The notes under the pieces: generated by a model
Told to the model about the DNA's origin: nothing
The model's input: only the letters and a program-made list of their open reading frames with translations
Databases searched by the model: none
Shown: piece by piece, positions 1-13,145 of the stretch
How positions within the stretch are numbered: position 1 is the stretch's first letter
How the letters are laid out: each line of letters starts with the position of its first letter
Position numbers and translations under genes: made by a program
Assembly: GCA_951406725.2 (NCBI GenBank)
Contig: OX597821.1
Span: forward strand, 44,516,001-44,580,000
Reading direction: 5' to 3'
DNA from: Octopus vulgaris
Taxonomy: Eukaryota
DNA length: 64,000 nt

Positions 1-337
1 ACCCTAAAACCCTAACCCTAAAACCTAAAAGCTAAAACCAGTACAATTGCACGAACGATGTCATAAATGACAGTGACAAACGAAAAATACACCGCCGATA
101 GTTGTTGTTGACAAACAACGGCAGTAATGTTATTCAGCTGAATACACGTCATTGATTGGTTGAAATTACCGAAATACGAGAACTTTAACGTGAAATAACT
201 TCCTAAATATAAGCTTTTCTCAAAAACGCTAAGAGCAAAAGGTATTTTACATGACGCATTCTACCAGTGTCCGAAGTTTGAAAGTGTTTAGTTACAAAAA
301 ACTTTTTTTAAATCTGTCGGTGAAAAGGTAAAGATCC
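1..337. repeat. End of an interspersed repeat with degenerate telomere-like (CCCTAA/CCTAAAA) units
   Basis: Bases 1-40 are imperfect CCCTAA-type units followed by complex sequence ending AAAGATCC. Too short and degenerate for a true telomere. The right boundary is approximate. Confidence 0.4.
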
Positions 338-561
338 TTATTATTTTTTTTTCCCCCAAATAAACACATGTACTATATATATTTAGTGCGTGTGTTTATT
401 TGGCAAAAAAAAAACAAATAAATAATTAATAAATTTATAAATAAATAAATAAATAAAATGACTATCTCGGCTCACTTTGGCCTGGTTTTTTCCCGCTCGC
501 CGCCATTGGTAAAGAAAATAAATAAATAAAAATTTCTTGATCCTGTTTCGTTTTGGATTTG

Positions 562-960
562 TTTTTACTCTTTTACTTGTTTCAGTCATTTGACTGCGGC
601 CATGCTGGAGCACCGCCTTTAGTCGAGCAAATCGACCCCGGGACTTATTCTTTGTAAGCCCAGTACTTATTCTATCGGTCTCTTTTGCCGAACCGCTAAG
701 TGACGAGGACGTAAACACACCAGCATCGGTTGTCAAGCAATGCTAGGGGGACAAACACACACACACATACACACATATATATAGATATGTATATACATAT
801 ATACGACAGGCTTCTTTCAGTTTCCGTCTACCAAATCCACTCACAAGGCATTGGTCGGCCCGGGGCTATAGCAGAAGACACTTGCCCAAGATGCCACGCA
901 GTGGGAGTGAACCCGGAACCATGTGGTTGGTTAGCAAGCTACTTACCACACAGCCACTCC
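562..960 (-). mobile_element. tRNA-derived SINE, full-length (cephalopod-type, internal CA/TA microsatellite)
   Basis: The minus strand starts GGAGTGGCTGTGTGGTAAG (A-box-like) and has GGTTCACTCCC (B-box-like), ending in an AAGAGTAAA tail. A close copy lies at 14116-14529. Confidence 0.85.
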
Positions 961-1109
961 TATATAAATTTGGATGGAAAATGAAAACCTCGCTGAAGAT
1001 GAACATTTTTTTTTTATTGTCACGCTGGTAACTTCTTTGTGGACTGTGGTCACCTGTTTTTACCAATTCATAATCGTGCATTTTTCATAGCGGACCTCTC
1101 ATCACACAA

Positions 1110-4095
1110 ACTTTTCCTTGTGGATTCTGGTGCTGACTGCAGTATTTGACCGGTAAAATTCATTAAGGATAAACCTCCTCTTTCTGCAATTAACCTGCAA
1201 ACGATAAAGCATTCACCAATTCAAACATCTGGTCAAATCTCGCTTTCTTTGGATCCGAATTTACGTCGTGATTTTAAATGGGTTTTCATCATAGCTGAAT
1301 TTTAGGTGCAAATTTTTCCCACCATTATTCGCTTTGAGTAGATGTTCGTAAACATCGTCTTTTGGATAGCTCTACGAAGCTATTTTTGGCAGGAATTTGA
1401 ATACTCCATCAGTTAAGCTAACATTTTTTATCACGGTGTCTGGAGACTTATATTAGTCACTTTTTGACTCTTTCCCGGAGCTCACCAACCCGCATTTTCA
1501 AGCAAGTAATCCTACTCACTCTACAAAACATTTCATTTCGATGACTGGTGCTCCTGTGTTTTCACGTCCTCGTCACCTGCCTCCGGACAAACTAAAGGCA
1601 GCAAAGGCTGAGTTTGACCACATGCTTCAACTTGGAATTATCTGCCCTTCCACAAGTCCATGGGCCTCTCCACTGCATATGGTCCCTAAGGCTTCTGGAG
1701 ATTGGAGACCTATGTTGAAGACTAAATTCTATGACGGTTTCTGATAGATACCCTATTCTTCATCTTCATGATTTTTCGTCATCTTTGCATGAATATACAG
1801 TATTTTCTAAGCTCGATCTTGTGCGAGCTATAAGCATCAGATTCCAGTTATCCCGGAAGATATTCTGAAAACTGCAGTAACAACTCCATTCGACTCTTTT
1901 GAATTCTTGTCTATGCAATTTGGGCTTAGGAATGCTGCCAGAACATTTCAGCGATTCATAGACGAAGTTATTCGTGGCTTGGATTTTGTCTATGCCTACT
2001 TTGGTAATCATCCATTGTCAGTTCTTCTGTTGGAAAGCGTATCCATCATTTAAAGCTGCTCTTCCAACGCCTTCAGGATTTTCAGGTAAGGATCAACCCC
2101 GCTAAATGTGTTTTGGCACTTGTGTTTCTGGATCATATTGACAACGAGGGAATTCGACCTCTTCCTGAAAAAGTGAAGGCTATTGAGGACCTTCATCTTC
2201 CTTCTTCCCTTCGTCAGCTGCGCCTTTTCCTTGGTTTGATAAATTTTTATAGACGTTTTATTCTTCACTGTGCTGAACTTCTGCCTGAAAATGTTGAGAA
2301 ATCGTCGTATGAAGAATGAAAATATTGCACTGATTTCGGTCCATTTGAAGCTTTCATTTCTGCAAAACATAAGCTTGCTAAAGCGTCTCTTCTAGCGCAC
2401 CCTGTCTCAGATGCAAAGCTTTCGCTTGTGGTTGATACATCGGACACAACAGTTCGTGCCGTTTTACAGCAGTTTTATTTAGGACAGCTACAACCTCTTG
2501 CATTTTTCTCTCGAAAATTGAAACCTGCCGAGACGCGACATAACACTTTTGGTCGCGAATTGTTAGCAATATTCCTGTCGGTGAAGCATTTTCAACATAT
2601 CCTCGAAGGGAGAAACTTTACCATTTACTTTTGCCCTGCTGTCCAAGCCGGAAAAGTACTCACCAAGAGAGACTCAACAACTGGACTTTATATCGCAGTT
2701 CACCAGCGACGTTCAACATATCTCTGATGCTCAAAGCACTACTGCCGATCAATTTATTGGCTTCCACTCCAGAGATCGACCTGACTGTTTTGTCCTAGGA
2801 TCAACCTCCTCTGGACGCACTGGACACATCTTCTCCTGAATTTGCAACATGCAAATTCAAGTCCTCACTATCAACTTCCGACAAACAGATATTGTGTGAC
2901 GCCTCGATGGATTCGCGTCGTCCTTTCATTCCAGGAACCCATCGTCGAGTTGTATTTGAAGCTTTACACACTCTTTCACACCCTGGAGTTTCGGCCTCAG
3001 TAAAACTCATAACGGCTATATTCTTCTGGCCGAATATGAGACGAGACATTACTGCATGGACTCGATCTTGCCTCCAGTGCCAAAAGTCGAAGGTGCATAA
3101 GCACATCCGTACCCCTCTTGGAACTTTTAGTTTTCCAGATGAACGTTTTCGCCACATACATATCGATTTTGCGGGATCCTGGCCTGTCAGTCAGGGATTT
3201 ACATATATATTGACTTGTATTGACCGCTTCCCCCAATGGCCTGAAACGATTCCATTAAGTGACATTACTGCTGAATCCGTAACGCGAGCTCTGGTATCAA
3301 GATGGATATCATGCTACTACACCGCTACTGTCGACCGTAGCAGACAGTTCGAATCCCACCTTTTTTCTGAGCTGACAAAAACCATCGATGCTCAACGTAT
3401 TCGGACTACCAGCTATCATCTGGCCTCTAACGGAATGATAGAGCATATCCATCGCCAGCTGAAAGCTGCGTTCCGTACTTATCCCGACACTCAGCGCTGG
3501 AGTGAGTACCTTCCCATAGTATAACTCGGTATTCAGACTGCATTCAAGGAGGATCTGGGATACTCCCCTGCTGAACTATTGGACGGTGTTTCTTTGACTT
3601 TTCGAGGGAAGATGCTTGCCCCAGTCGATCTCACCACTCAAGATCCGGCATTTATGTGAACAGCCTGCATTCCTATTTCCGAATTACCACCTATGAACAC
3701 TCGGCAACAAGCCACCACATCTTCGGTCCCGAGGAATATTGCTTTATGGACACGTGTCTTTGTTAGAAACGATGCAGTGAGAAGTCCCCTCACGCCACCT
3801 TACTCAGTATCTTATCGTGTCCTTTCTCATTCAAATAAACATTTCACCATTGATATAAACGATTCTCGAGAAACAGTCTGGGTTGATAGACTTAAACGGG
3901 CTTATACAGACGCTCTCTCACCAGAGCTTCATACACCTCCTCATAAACTGCACAACCAGAAACAAATGCTGCACCATCCCACACATTACAAACAAAATCG
4001 TACACACCTCTCCTCCACCAACATACGTCACGACAACCAGCAGTGGTCGTCGTGTCCATTGGCCCAAGAAACTGTGTAAAACTATTTATATATGA
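1110..4095 (+). pseudogene. gypsy pol pseudogene (PR-RT-RH-IN)
   Basis: ORF fragments 1541-1744, 2113-2319, 2428-2727, 2892-3524 and 3693-4079. The RT catalytic YxDD reads YAYFGN (~1991-2008), so it is inactive. Confidence 0.9.
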
Positions 4096-4425
4096 ACTGG
4101 CCCATAGTGGCAGTTATTGTATTGTATTTCTTTTCCTGCTTCATACATTTATGCTGTTTTCTTTTTCATGAATTTGCGTGTTTGTTAACTTTCCTTTGCA
4201 TTCGCCTAGTTTTGCATGTCTCTTGTTACCTTTAAATTTTTCAGAATCTTTTTCTATGTACATATTTTTGTGAACACCCTGTATATGATTTGTGAAAATT
4301 CTTCATCGTTCAAACACACATACTTTTGCAATTTTCAACGTTGTTTTTATTTTATTGGTCCTTAGAGGTATATTTTGCTTTACATTTGTTATTTTGCATC
4401 GACTTTCAGTCTGCTAGAGGGTATT

Positions 4426-4822
4426 TGTAGTGAGACAAATTAGCACTATTTTATTGTAGCGGCATAGCACAGTCATGCTACGCCCCAAATACATCCAATT
4501 ACTGCTGGCTGCGGAAGGTTACGTGTGGCAGCTTCTGCCTAGCGGTGAAGCGCGCTAGTTTTGAAAGGCAAAATGTCAGTTGCCGATAGAGCGTTGAGAT
4601 GTAAACATCAGTTGCTGATTTAACGTCCAGATGACAAGACACGTTGTCGATTCAACGCCAATTAGTAAAATTCATTTATATTGCTATGGGATTACTATCT
4701 CGCTTCACAACTAAGCTACGCCACTCATAGATATTTTGAACCAGTTACATTTTGCAACTCTCAAGTACCGAATCAAACCACCTCGGATGTTATGGAGAAA
4801 TGAACTTATGTCTCACACTACA
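4426..4822 (+). repeat. 3' LTR of the gypsy element
   Basis: Starts TGTAGTGAGACA and ends TGTCTCACACTACA (TG...CA with terminal inverted repeat). A degenerate polypurine tract (CTAGAGGG) lies just upstream. Confidence 0.75.
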
Positions 4823-5107
4823 CCCTGTTGACTTGAACACATAATTACCTTGTGATGTGCTTTCTACTACCACATGTGAGATTTACCATCAAGGAATAAA
4901 TCGTTATGTTTATTAACGAAAGAATATTTGTCTTTACATTCATGTAAAACATACATTCGTACATTACTGGAAGCTTTCTTATACGCACATAATTCATATA
5001 ATCTGTAGCGTACACTCGAGTGAAATTCCTCATCCGTTTATTATATATACGTACATTCAAACGTAACAGATAAGAGGTAACTTTTGGTCGCTATTTGGAC
5101 CCCGTTG

Positions 5108-5894
5108 TGTCCACTACTCTGATTAGTTAGTATTGGTGCAATTTGTCTCTTACTCTTTCACGCCAATATGCAGCGTATAACCAATCGGAGCCCTCTAAAT
5201 AAGATCACGTGAGACAGCCTGCTCTCAATCCCGTTTGAGCCTACTGTACCTTATAGAAACTCACCTTCTCCTCGTCTCGAGGTCTTTGGTTCCAGACCTT
5301 TTCAGCTCTAACCACTGACCACACAAGATATAGCCAGTTCCAGCGACAACGCCAGACGCCCAGGTTTCAACACAGCACTGTTCGTAAATTACTTTACCAT
5401 GGTTAACAGCGAATATACAACCTGCGAGAACCCCTGTACAAGTGACCCAGGCAGCAGCATTACAGCCACAACTTCGTACGACATGTACCGCTCCGACTCC
5501 GCATCATCGCCGCAACCTCTTGACACAGTATTTCAAACTACAGCGTACAATTGACTATGAACTGGTGCTCTCATTTCTTGTGTCTATAAACATTCGTCTA
5601 ACTTCTCATTATAGACTCTTTCACTTCTTCTTCATGGCTATTCTTATGTGTACTTCACGCACACGCATACATCCATGCCTATACACACATGCACTTTGTT
5701 CTCATGACGGCCTGTCTATTATTCTGTATACATGATGCACACACAGACACGCATGTTAACCCATCAATAAACCTCTCTCTCAAACATTCTATTCGGCTGT
5801 GTCTCTCTCTTTCCCCTCTGGCATATATACGTATTATTCTAGCTTTCTGAACAGAGTCGTTATTAGATGGTTTCACCACGTGAGGCCAGGACTA
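5108..5894 (+). repeat. Possible solo LTR or unclassified repeat
   Basis: Imperfect TGTCC...GGACTA termini, internal CCAAT, TATA-like TAAATAAG and AATAAA. No clear target-site duplication. Confidence 0.25.
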
Positions 5895-6700
5895 CCTATA
5901 CTCTCCAAAGATATATAAATGAACTTTAACACACTAAACAGTCATTAGTCATAGTCGTATGTTTAATTAGCGTATACATTCATCGACTTAATTAGCATAA
6001 TAAAATTCTTTGATATAAATTGAATCCCATATGTGATTATATAATCAAAAGTTTCAAGTTAAAATTTGCACGACCCCGCTAAGAAAACAATATATAATCA
6101 GTGTACCACGTCCATATCTACATGTTTTCCTCACCTATATCTCAGAATTAATTACTCTTGGTAAAACATCCTAGAATAAAACTATAACTGAACTACACTA
6201 ATACATAAATTTCATTTTAGTTCATTGTATACCTTATTACGTAATACCTAGACCATAAATAAACAGCGCAAAAAATATTTCAAAAACGACTAATTAGCAC
6301 TTAAAAACAAAATTTAAACACTATAATGAAACTAATTTACAATTAAAAATAGCAAATGCAAAGAAAAATCTAATCAAGCGAACTCCTCTAGCAAACTTTT
6401 GTAGGTCAAGCTATCCGCAGCTTAATTACGAATAAATTATAATTTTCTAAAAACTGTTTTATAAATTTTTCGCTGTATTTTTATAAATTCATAAACTTCA
6501 ACTCATCATAGCAAATACAGTTACACTTACAGAGTAAATTGTAATAGCGCCCCCTACCATTCAGCAAACAACAAATGGAACTTATCACATTTCCAGATGT
6601 TGATTATACATAACTTTCTCACCAATTAATCTTTTCGTAATACACAGATACAAGTAAATCATTCTCATTCAACAAGAGCAAAACAAATCGTGCGTTCCTA

Positions 6701-6878
6701 CATGCCCGTCGCTAAGGAATTGCCCTGGGCGGCACTGCTCCATCACAATTCAATGGTATGCTCTCAGATTTACAGTGATAGACTTATTTCAAAGCTCCAT
6801 TTTAGCATTATTACAAATTAGTACCCATCCAGAATATTCTGAAGCACCCCCAGGCACCATAGTCTAGAGACAGGCCTG
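6701..6878. mobile_element. hAT-like MITE
   Basis: Imperfect TIRs CATGCCCGTCGCTA / TAGAGACAGGCCTG. 8-bp flanks CGTTCCTA / CATTTGTA match 5/8. Confidence 0.5.
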
Positions 6879-7198
6879 CATTTGTAGCATCCAGTTTTGT
6901 GTGTGTGCGTGCGCGCGTATGTATGCATGTTATTATTCAGTTTTATTTCAAGGTTTCTTGCCAATTGAAAAAGAGCTGGTTTCTAACCTATGAATGTATG
7001 TCAGGTCACTGTTAGTGCCACTGGTAATATGTAACCTAGTACAACCTGTCACATGGTTGGGCCATCGGTGACTATACTGAGAACCCAACCAAGCTTACTT
7101 GATAAGGAGGGTGATTTTCGTTGGACACTCTGCAGGATGAAAAACAAAAACCTGCCAAAGGATGGAGGGACTCTGTAGAGTCAATGGCTATCCAACGG

Positions 7199-7263
<65 letters not shown>

Positions 7264-7266
7264 CAT

Positions 7267-7319
<53 letters not shown>
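7199..7319. repeat. (TA)n/(CA)n microsatellite
   Basis: Direct reading. Confidence 0.95.
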
Positions 7320-7321
<2 letters not shown>

Positions 7322-7451
7322 TTCAGCAAAATTTAGATTCAAATGAATATGGTACTTAAGTCAGATGCACCAGAATTTTGTATGGTGTTATCCATATAAA
7401 TCCATGGGGTAATTATAATCAAAATAAGCAACAAGAATATCTTCGGTTATT

Positions 7452-7540
7452 TGATACGATCGTTTCATGCTACATCACTTAATTAAACATTGTAAGTATT
7501 ACAACAGTTTTAAAATGTTGAGCAATCATCAGCCATTTAT
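7452..7540 (-). ncRNA. Hammerhead-ribozyme-like motif (minimal PLE type, long loop II)
   Basis: Minus strand: CTGATGA-TTGC...~50 nt...GCAT-GAAAC-GATC-GTA. Palindromic stem III; stem I weak. Confidence 0.5.
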
Positions 7541-8739
7541 AGAAGTTTTCCATCAATACATATACTTAATTCCATGTTAATTGATAACATTATAAAGAGG
7601 GTAGATATACAGACAGAGATGTTGATTTGAATGTTAAGAATATTAAGGTATTAGAATTTATCTTCTGACTGAAGATTTTCTTTAAGTTATTTTGATCTGC
7701 TAGAAAGAGGGGGGATATTCGGTTGAATGGAGACAAAAGAGATTTTCTATTTTTGGATATAGGAATGGGTGAAATAAATGTCAAAAGTTATTCCTGAAGA
7801 GGTTAAAGTGGTATGGGAATTATAGACTAATATTGTCTCAGGGGTTGTTTACAACTATTTGGCAATCAGATTTTGTATCAAGAAAACTAGGCCAATACGA
7901 AATGGTCACAATAACCATCTATATACTACATAGTTATAGAAAATATAGAAGTTCTTTTACACTTATATAAACATATACATATATGCATCCGCATTAATAT
8001 ATACGATCATACTTGGCTAGTAAGTGTTGGTTATTATAATAAGTTGGATTAAAAAAGAATTTTAGATCTAATATTTATTAAGTTTGGAGAAAAAAAACCT
8101 ATCATTTATTTAGTATATATATTATGAGTAGGCATAATATTCAATAACCGTGGACAAAAGTCTTATTAATTAAGTGAATATATTAGGAGTTAATAATATA
8201 TATTAGAAAAAGTGGAAGAGGAGTAATCAAGACGAGTAATTTTCTTAGATTTTGTAGATGGTGATTCATCATTAATGAATCAAATTAAAAGAATCTATTA
8301 GATAATATATTAGAAATAATGGAAGAGAAGTAATCCAGAAGAGTAATTTTCTTAGATTAAGTAGATGGTGATTTGTTATTAATGAATTAAATTAAAAGAA
8401 TCTGTTAGACATAATATTTACTACCCGTGGAGAAAAACTAATCAGTTAGGTAAAAAATATCCGGGGTCAATAATATGTAATAAAAAATGGAAGTGAGGTA
8501 ATCAAGATGAACTGAGTAATTTCTTTAGAAACATGGAATTTTTTCTATTTAATATAGGAGATTATCAAAAAAAAAGAAAGAAAGAGAGAGAGAATTTAAT
8601 TCTAAATATGCAATGAAGTTTTTTAGTAATCTGTGCTTGTTGAATAAAAGCTAGTATGGTATATTCATTCTTATTTGGTTATAAAGAATTAGGATTTGAA
8701 AATTTAGGAATGGTCAGAATATTATTATTTAAAATAATA

Positions 8740-9160
8740 AACGTACGGGTTGTGCGATGTATGCAAGATACTCCTACTTCAGAACGGTTATTTAACAAAT
8801 TTGTATTATTCCTATGTTTTAAAATTTCATATGTTTCCATAGAACAAAGTTCACAACCATCTCTACTATTTTTATAAGGCTGTGCCTTTCTTACTATATC
8901 CCATTTCAGGTTAAATTCTATATTTTTTCTTTTCAGTTCCCAAATTTTACTGGACAGTGTTGTGCAACCTGCCTTATGTTTAAGCCTAAAGGAGGGAAAA
9001 TGGTTGTTTAAACGCTTTTTTAGATCCACCGAACAACCGAAATAAAGATAGTTATTATTTAAAGTCATTATTGTACATTTATAAATTACATATTGAACCA
9101 GACAGCGGCCAGATACCGGACATTTTGATCTAATTCTACAATTACAGCTGGGAAAATAAT
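8740..9160 (-). pseudogene. GIY-YIG endonuclease domain of a Penelope-like element
   Basis: VIY...YFG...R...H motif with flanking Cys motifs. No RT upstream, which is replaced by (AAT/CAT)n. Confidence 0.85.
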
Positions 9161-9285
9161 TCATGGTATTAGTATTATTTAGGGACAATCCATTTTCATT
9201 TTCGTTACTAGAGCTATTATTAGTATTAGTGTTATTTCCCCTATCAATAGTTATATTGTTATAAATTGTGCCTATAGTAAAATGG

Positions 9286-9340
9286 ATCATTATTATTATT
9301 ATCATCATCATCATCATCGTCATCAACATCATCATCATCA

Positions 9341-9419
<79 letters not shown>

Positions 9420-9420
9420 C
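9286..9420. repeat. (CAT)n/(TAT)n microsatellite
   Basis: Direct reading. Confidence 0.95.
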
Positions 9421-9423
9421 CGT

Positions 9424-9616
9424 TTAGAGCGAGTTTGAATTCCTCAATAAAATTCCTCTCTCATTGTACAGCTTATAAAATGAAAATATTATAAACGTTT
9501 CCTGACCACATGTTTCAAAAGTGTTGTTTAATGAGGTCTGACGAACATCAGGGTCTCTAATTTGCTGTCGGTGTACTCGCGAGCGTTCTGATAAGGAGTT
9601 TCCTGTCTGGCTAATA
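9424..9616 (-). pseudogene. Second, different PLE GIY-YIG fragment
   Basis: YISQTGNSLSERSRVHRQQIRDP...FETCG...FYKL matches the YIGQT..L..R..H pattern of Penelope/Poseidon-type endonucleases. It starts at a (TA)n tract. Confidence 0.6.
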
Positions 9617-9804
9617 TATATATATATATATCGCTTCACAATTCTGGCATTTGATGCAATAGACTAGATTTATGCTTTTACCGTTCACATTTGCATTTGT
9701 AAATATTCTTCCGGTTTTTGTGTTAATATACTGACCGTTTTGTATGAACGGACATGTACTACATTGTTTGTTTACGTCTGCTTTTCTTTTCTCTCGTTGG
9801 AATT

Positions 9805-10302
9805 ATGGCGACGTTAATGCCCACTAACAGTTTCAAGAAGGTGGTAGCAGGAAATCCACATTCTGTTACAAGCTTCATCAAAGAGCAAAAACTCGAGAAC
9901 AACAACTACAATAGTTACGATAACCTTTTTAACAACACAAGTAACAACGATACCAGCAGCAATGACAAAACTGACAACAGCGATAGCGACAGAAATAGCA
10001 ACGGCATCAACAGGAACAAAGATATAAGTATCCGTGATGGCAAAACAAGTAGTATGGGCAAGAAATCGTTTACTGGGATAAAGGTAAAATCAACTATGTA
10101 CCTCGCGCTTACACTAAACAACAAAGAAGATTGTCAAGCACAGGCGATACAGCTTATGAAGGTGAATGGGTGGAACGCACAAATGACTATCGTGACCGAG
10201 GTTTTGGCAGTAACTGCACGAAAGACGGTGGTGTATCGTTATATGTCTTCTACAACACAACGTCTAGAAGCAGCAACATCGATTAGGTGGAACGAACCCT
10301 GA
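9805..10302 (+). other. Unassigned ORF, possibly a truncated retroelement ORF1 N-terminus
   Basis: MATLMPTNSFKKVVAG..., an Asn/Ser-rich linker, then a more complex segment. No recognisable domain. Confidence 0.25.
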
Positions 10303-10639
10303 AAAAAATTTGAGCAGCTGCAGACCAAGTCACCTGGACAAGGAAGTTTGATGATTAATAATAAAAAGCTGAGTTACTCCATAGAACTTTCCACGCTGAT
10401 GATTTGCTTCATAGAACTTTCCACAAGCCGATGATTTACCCACATATAAATTTATAGATAACTTTTTCCCAAAATGTTTTCATTGTGTTTTAGCAAACTA
10501 GAGCCAAGAGTTAAACCAAAAACGCTATTAAATACATATGAATTACCTGCATGTCCATTCAGAATAAATACGAAAATTAACGTATGGCTAAGACCTTTTC
10601 GTGTGTCACTATATATGTATGTATGTACGTGTGCGTGTA

Positions 10640-10930
10640 CAGGGTGTGATGGGTAAACTGTGGTAATTTTGAATTTTTAATTTTACGCATGCGCATTGTT
10701 TGTTTTTGATTTTGTCGACTACACTGTAGGGTCAGTTGGGCACCGTCTGTGAGAAAAACAGCACCATGACTCAATTTACTCTGCCAGAAATTTGGAAACG
10801 ACATGCTGTACTGCTTGCCATTCGCCCTGGAAGTGATAAAAATCGTGCGGAGAGATAAAAATCGCCCCGGAAGTGATAAAAATCAAACATCCAGTCAACA
10901 TCATGGTGTTTGGAGTGATCATTAGTGATG
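10640..10930 (+). mobile_element. Internally deleted Tc1/mariner (maT/DD37D-like) transposon, 5' end
   Basis: TA + CAGGGTG terminus, ORF start MTQFTLPEIWKRHAVLL, then the KHPVNIMVFGVIISD transposase motif after a short duplicated junction. Confidence 0.65.
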
Positions 10931-12065
10931 CTCTGAGCGCAAAGCATGTGAACGTCCAACATGCTTTGAGTCGGGAAAAAAATTGAGCTGACACAGACGT
11001 ATTGCAAAACAAAGCAATAGATGCATAATAGAGGTGCGTGTGCAATTATGCAAAAGGGCTTGCAAGGCTAAGGCAGTAATGCTAGTGCATTGATTACATA
11101 TACAGTGTACAGTGTTGAATATGCTAGTGATTAAGGCAGTGCTGAATATGCCAGCCGGTGCATGAGGTATTATATGCTTCGATGGTGCAAGAGAAAAAGT
11201 GTGGCATGCTGGCGCGTGTAAGGGGCAAACAACCTTCCCTATGTATACATGACCGACCTAGGGTCTTACAGAGATGAGTTGTGTCTACAAGGGCGCTGGG
11301 AGCATGAAAAACAAGCGATAAAGGCATGTGTCGGGCATGAATGTGACAGAGTTAGCATGTGTGTGTGTAACAATGTGTGCAGATACGTGCGCAAGGCCAG
11401 GCGCTGAGGAAAGGAGCATGTGAAGAAAGAAATTGCAAACTAACTGACTTTTGCTTGGGGGTTCTTGTTTTTATAACTATTCAGAAGGATAGACATATCG
11501 TTGAGAACAATGGACTTCGTTGGTGGTTCTTGTTATCATGGTTCTAGCTTTTGGTGAAATAGAAGAGGTTAGAAGGGTCAAGCGGCGAAGCCATCATTTC
11601 AGCCAAGCTCAACCATCTGGAAAATGTAAAACTGCTGACACAGAAAAACTATTGTTCCACCGTGAGAAAAGTTGTGTTGAACTGTTACTTGAAATTTGGC
11701 TATGGTGGATCGAATCCACTTCATGCGTGCAAGATCCACTACAGATATATAACTAGAAGTTAATTATCACACCTTGTTCCATTTGCTGGAGTAAAGAAAT
11801 CGTATTTTTCATAATATATTCTGCTCTGTCTTATCAGAAAGCTCATTTAAGTTCAGAGCGTGGCTTGGTTTATTGGCTAAAAGGAGCAATGCTTTGCTGA
11901 ACATATTATGTCGAGCACTGAATCTTTTAACTACAGGACAAAAATATTTATAAATCACTATTCAAAAAGGCTCTCAATTCATTCTACCTTTTTATTTAAA
12001 CGGCAAAACAAGAGGTACGTTTAAACTGTGTAACCTTGAATGTTTTTACATTTTTTGTGTCGTAC

Positions 12066-12787
12066 CAGTGGCGGCTTGTGTGTAGGCCCTGCGGAACTGC
12101 AGCACCCCCTATTTCCACTCGATACTATCGATATCATTCAATATAATGAGTCCTTTTTTCTTTAATTCTTTCTTTATACTTGTACATTATATAATCCTTA
12201 AGCTTAATGTCAGTATTTATCCCCTAGGTTACGAAAAAAGTACAAAAATCCTTGTATAGAACTGTGCGCTTCACAGTTCCAGCGACGCGGTGATTGGCTG
12301 TTGTGCGCATGCTCACATGTCCAAGATAAGAAGCTGCACGCTAGGGAAAGAGAGAGAGAGGGATAGCACTGTGGTTCACGTAGTGCCGACGACCCTGGTG
12401 TGCTGGTGGAAGGTAGTGTTTCTTTTTGACTCTGCGTGTGTTGTGCTTAAAAACGTGTTTATATTCTTGAATGTGATAAAATGTAGAATTAGGTCATTAT
12501 CCTACTTCCAGTTACAGTGTTGCTGCTAGGATTTGAAAAATAGGGCAGATTCCCACCCCCCTTATTTTGTGATTTAGATGAGATTTTTGAAAAACAAGGG
12601 GTAATACGTTATGGTGTTCAGTGAACAAATCAAACACGCTACCCGACAGTGGCTAAAACGCGAACCGATCAAGTTTATGTATAAATTTACTTTTTATATG
12701 TTTGTTTCCGTTTACACAATATTAAAACAACGGCTAAAAATTTTCTGAAGCAGCACCCCAACTAATTTTATCCACGAGCCGCCATTG
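12066..12787. mobile_element. Non-autonomous hAT element
   Basis: TIRs CAGTGGCGGCTTGTG / CACGAGCCGCCATTG. 8-bp TSD TGTCGTAC / TGTGGTGC (6/8). Confidence 0.8.
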
Positions 12788-13145
12788 TGTGGTGCACATG
12801 TAGATGCTTTGATTTTATATCCTCAGAGGTATTTCCCTCAAGAAGAAAGGTAAGATGATTTTTGGAAGATTTAAATCCTGAGACTGATTTATCTTCTCGA
12901 GAATTAAAATTATAGCAGTCATAAACTTTCGGAAAAGTACAGTTTCATCTACATTGTACAGTTGCTCTGGTGTGTAACCCTCTTCAGCAATCATTTTCTT
13001 AAGCTGCTCAAAATAATAAGTAGCAGCCTCTGTATCTGCACTAGCAACTTGACCAGTCATTTCTGTGTTGCATATATTCAAGTACTTCTTAAACTTTCCA
13101 AACTTGCCTTTACCAGCCAGAAAAGGTTTTTCAACCGCTATCTCT

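Larger units (their letters stand above)
968..4822 (+). mobile_element. Decayed Ty3/gypsy LTR retrotransposon (pol + 3' LTR; 5' LTR and most of gag absent)
   Basis: Domain order: protease (FLVDSGAD ~1115), RT (SPWASPLHMVPK..DWRP), RNase H (LAFFSRKL..RELLAI), integrase (HTLSH..CLQC, HIDF, NGMIE), GPY/F-like tail. This is the gypsy order. Many stops and frameshifts. Confidence 0.92.
7320..9280 (-). mobile_element. Penelope-like element 3' portion (GIY-YIG endonuclease, long AT-rich 3' region, hammerhead-like motif)
   Basis: ORF 8679-9344 contains CNC..CP..G.CL...VIY..YFG...KKR..NH..SF...TTLS..IWELK...W.I..A.PY....C.LC..E..LLN.RSE...C.H, the Cys-rich GIY-YIG pattern of Naiad-type PLEs. The ~120-bp unit at 8190-8530 is tandemly repeated. 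Confidence 0.8.

Noticed and set aside
1-40. Telomere
   Set aside because: Only a few degenerate CCCTAA units, immediately followed by complex repeat sequence.
10380-10440. Hammerhead at CTGATGA (10397)
   Set aside because: No properly placed GAAA or stems; it is a short tandem duplication.
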